Shown here in pieces: positions 56,426 through 57,853 of a DNA stretch of 57,853 bases. Each line of letters opens with the position of its first letter. The stretch's first letter is position 1. Location: assembly GCA_004211975.1 (NCBI GenBank), contig RXIK01000114.1:1-57853 (forward strand), written 5' to 3'. This DNA comes from Methanosarcinales archaeon. Its GTDB lineage: Archaea; Halobacteriota; Methanosarcinia; Methanosarcinales; Methanogasteraceae. Both the position numbers and the translations under genes were made by a program. The notes below the pieces were generated by a model, which saw nothing but the letters and a program-made list of their open reading frames with translations, did no database searches and had not been told where the DNA came from.

Positions 56426-57729
56426 GGCTCTTCGCTATTTCATGTGGGTAACTGGAAATCCAGGTGCCCCAATCGAAGATAGATCATGGTCATGAAATTC
56501 TGGATATTCCGATAGCCACGAGCTCTCCTCTTTAATAACTGCACAACGCTATTAATTCCTTCTAAGATGCCATTAGTGATTCCTGAGTCAAAATAATTCA
56601 GGATACCGTTCCAATGTCTCTTGATAGTCTTTGCAGCATCGATCATTGGTTGTAATCTGCTATGCATAGCCCAAAAGTACCACCGTTTAAGATATTGCTC
56701 AGCAACACCGCGTTCTTCGATACTTCAGAAGATTTGGAGGCTGAGCTTCAAATTATATGCCCTAACCGTCTTTAGATTCATATCTTTGAGGCTGCCTAAT
56801 GTAATCTTTTGCTTTTCTGTTAGATTATCTGGGTTTTTAAGCCAGATATACCGGGTATTTTTCAGGCACTGGGTCGTCGCCACTTCCTCCCTCCGTACTG
56901 CATCGATTCCTTCATTCACAATTTTCATGACGTGAAATTTATCAAATGTAATCGATGCACTGGGAAATTCTGTCTGGATTCCACTTATGAAGGCAGGAGA
57001 CATGTCACAGCAGACCGAGTAGATGTTATCTGGATTTCCGCCGTGTATCTGGTAGTCTTCTTTGAAACTTGAAAGCGTTGATGAATCTTTTCCTCCACAA
57101 ACATGAATTACTCTGGATGTATCGAAATCCACAACAAGTGTAACATATTTATGTCCTTTGGTACACGATGTTTCATCAATTCCGATTACAGTGACATCTG
57201 AAAGATCTTCTCGGGATCGAGCCTCTTCAGTATAATGATTCACAACTCTCCAGATTCTTGTATCATGCTCATCAATTTCACGGGCAATTTCTGATATTTG
57301 CATGCTTTGAGCCATTGTCACAATCATTGCATCCATTAGAAGAGTGAACACACTGTATTCACGTGCCCATGGTATTTCTATTTGATGAACGCCGCATTTC
57401 CCACATTCTACCCTTTGAACTCTGCAATGCAGAAACGCCTTGTGCTGGAAGAAGCTAAGATGCCTCTATACCTTCTCCGTGGTGTCATAAGCGGGACATT
57501 CTGGATTGTTACATACAGGACACTCAAATCGGATTCCGGATACAAAATTAAGGTAGATATCTATCTGTTTCTCACCCGGATCAAAATCTATCTTCGTAAG
57601 CACCCATGGATCATCTATATCCAACGCTCTTCGGAAAAGATCTTCGTACATCTAATATTCATCTCCTTCTGTGATGATTCAATTGTTGGCGTTAGGGTAT
57701 TTAAGACCCATGCAAAATAGCGAAGAGCC
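56426..57729 (-). mobile_element. ISL3-family insertion sequence (1304 bp) with terminal inverted repeats
   Basis: The left end ggctcttcgctattt (56426-56440) is the perfect inverse complement of aaatagcgaagagcc (57715-57729). GGCTCTT-type termini are typical of ISL3. It encloses a single transposase frame. I could not find a clean TSD. Confidence 0.8.
56440..57651 (-). pseudogene. ISL3-family transposase, one continuous frame interrupted by in-frame TAG (57466-57468) and TGA (56725-56727)
   Basis: The three listed ORFs (61, 208 and 75 aa) are all in the same frame. Reading through gives ...CPAYDTTEKV-TAG-RHLSFFQHKAFLHCRVQRVECGKCGVHQIEIPWAREYSVFTLL... and ...KLSLQIF-TGA-SIEERGVAEQYLKRWYFWAMHSRLQ.... 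The zf-ISL3-like CPVC...CGKCG and the C-terminal NGILEGINSVVQLLKRRARGYRN are ISL3 hallmarks. Confidence 0.8.
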
Positions 57730-57853
57730 CCTAAAATCTGTAGACTAAGGAGGACGTGATTACTCGCGCCTCCTCGTCTAAGAACCGTACGTGCAACTTT
57801 CATCGCATACGGCTCAAGCATTTTGTAACCCTTTCAGTCCCAGGGCAGCAGTT

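Noticed and set aside
56418-57737. Target-site duplication for the ISL3 element
   Set aside because: The 8 bp flanking the IRs (ggataatt versus cctaaaat) do not match. Either the TSD has decayed, the boundaries are offset, or a recombination between copies occurred.
57730-57853. Minus-strand ORF start MLEPYAMKVARTVLRRGGASNHVLLS... at the window edge, apparently running into the IS end
   Set aside because: Only ~30 codons lie outside the IS, and the rest reads through the inverted repeat. This cannot be judged at the window edge, though it may be a gene disrupted by the IS.

Overview
Archaeal chromosomal segment. Archaea-specific genes include the thermosome, membrane-inserted LonB, ribosomal proteins L19e/L32e/S4e, RpoD with Fe-S motifs, FtsZ-SecE, a PGF-CTERM protein and CetZ-like GTPases. 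The gene content (HdrD-like, DUF447/DUF89, ADP-forming acetyl-CoA synthetase, many PAS sensors, dockerin proteins) suggests a Methanosarcinales/Methanotrichales-type methanogen or ANME relative; this is inference only. I call about 55 protein genes, 2 tRNAs (Leu-CAG, Gly-CCC), one ISL3-type IS and two MITE families. I saw no rRNA, CRISPR array or recognisable defence genes. Housekeeping genes: argG, eno, thermosome, lon, trm5, rpoD, a partial spc ribosomal block, sppA, ftsZ and secE. Two regions stand out. (1) 47.1-52.9 kb holds a tandemly duplicated two-gene module: a type-I surface membrane protein followed by a CetZ-like tubulin/FtsZ-superfamily GTPase. It sits just downstream of ftsZ-secE and may couple the cytoskeleton to the envelope. 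(2) 7.3-14.4 kb holds four co-oriented genes with different sensor domains that all end in an RsbR-type STAS domain, plus an embedded FIST gene. No RsbS, RsbT or phosphatase is in view, so this is a stressosome-like array in an organism without sigma factors. Other observations: a three-gene secreted dockerin operon bracketed by MITE copies with a decapitated fourth cassette; a nested MITE insertion with clean 8-bp target-site duplications; a 646-aa hyper-acidic protein with 128-aa tandem repeats; a ribosomal spc fragment fused by an ATGA overlap to rpoD; and an ISL3 transposase interrupted only by in-frame TAG and TGA codons. All family assignments come from reading motifs by eye and from memory, with no searches run.
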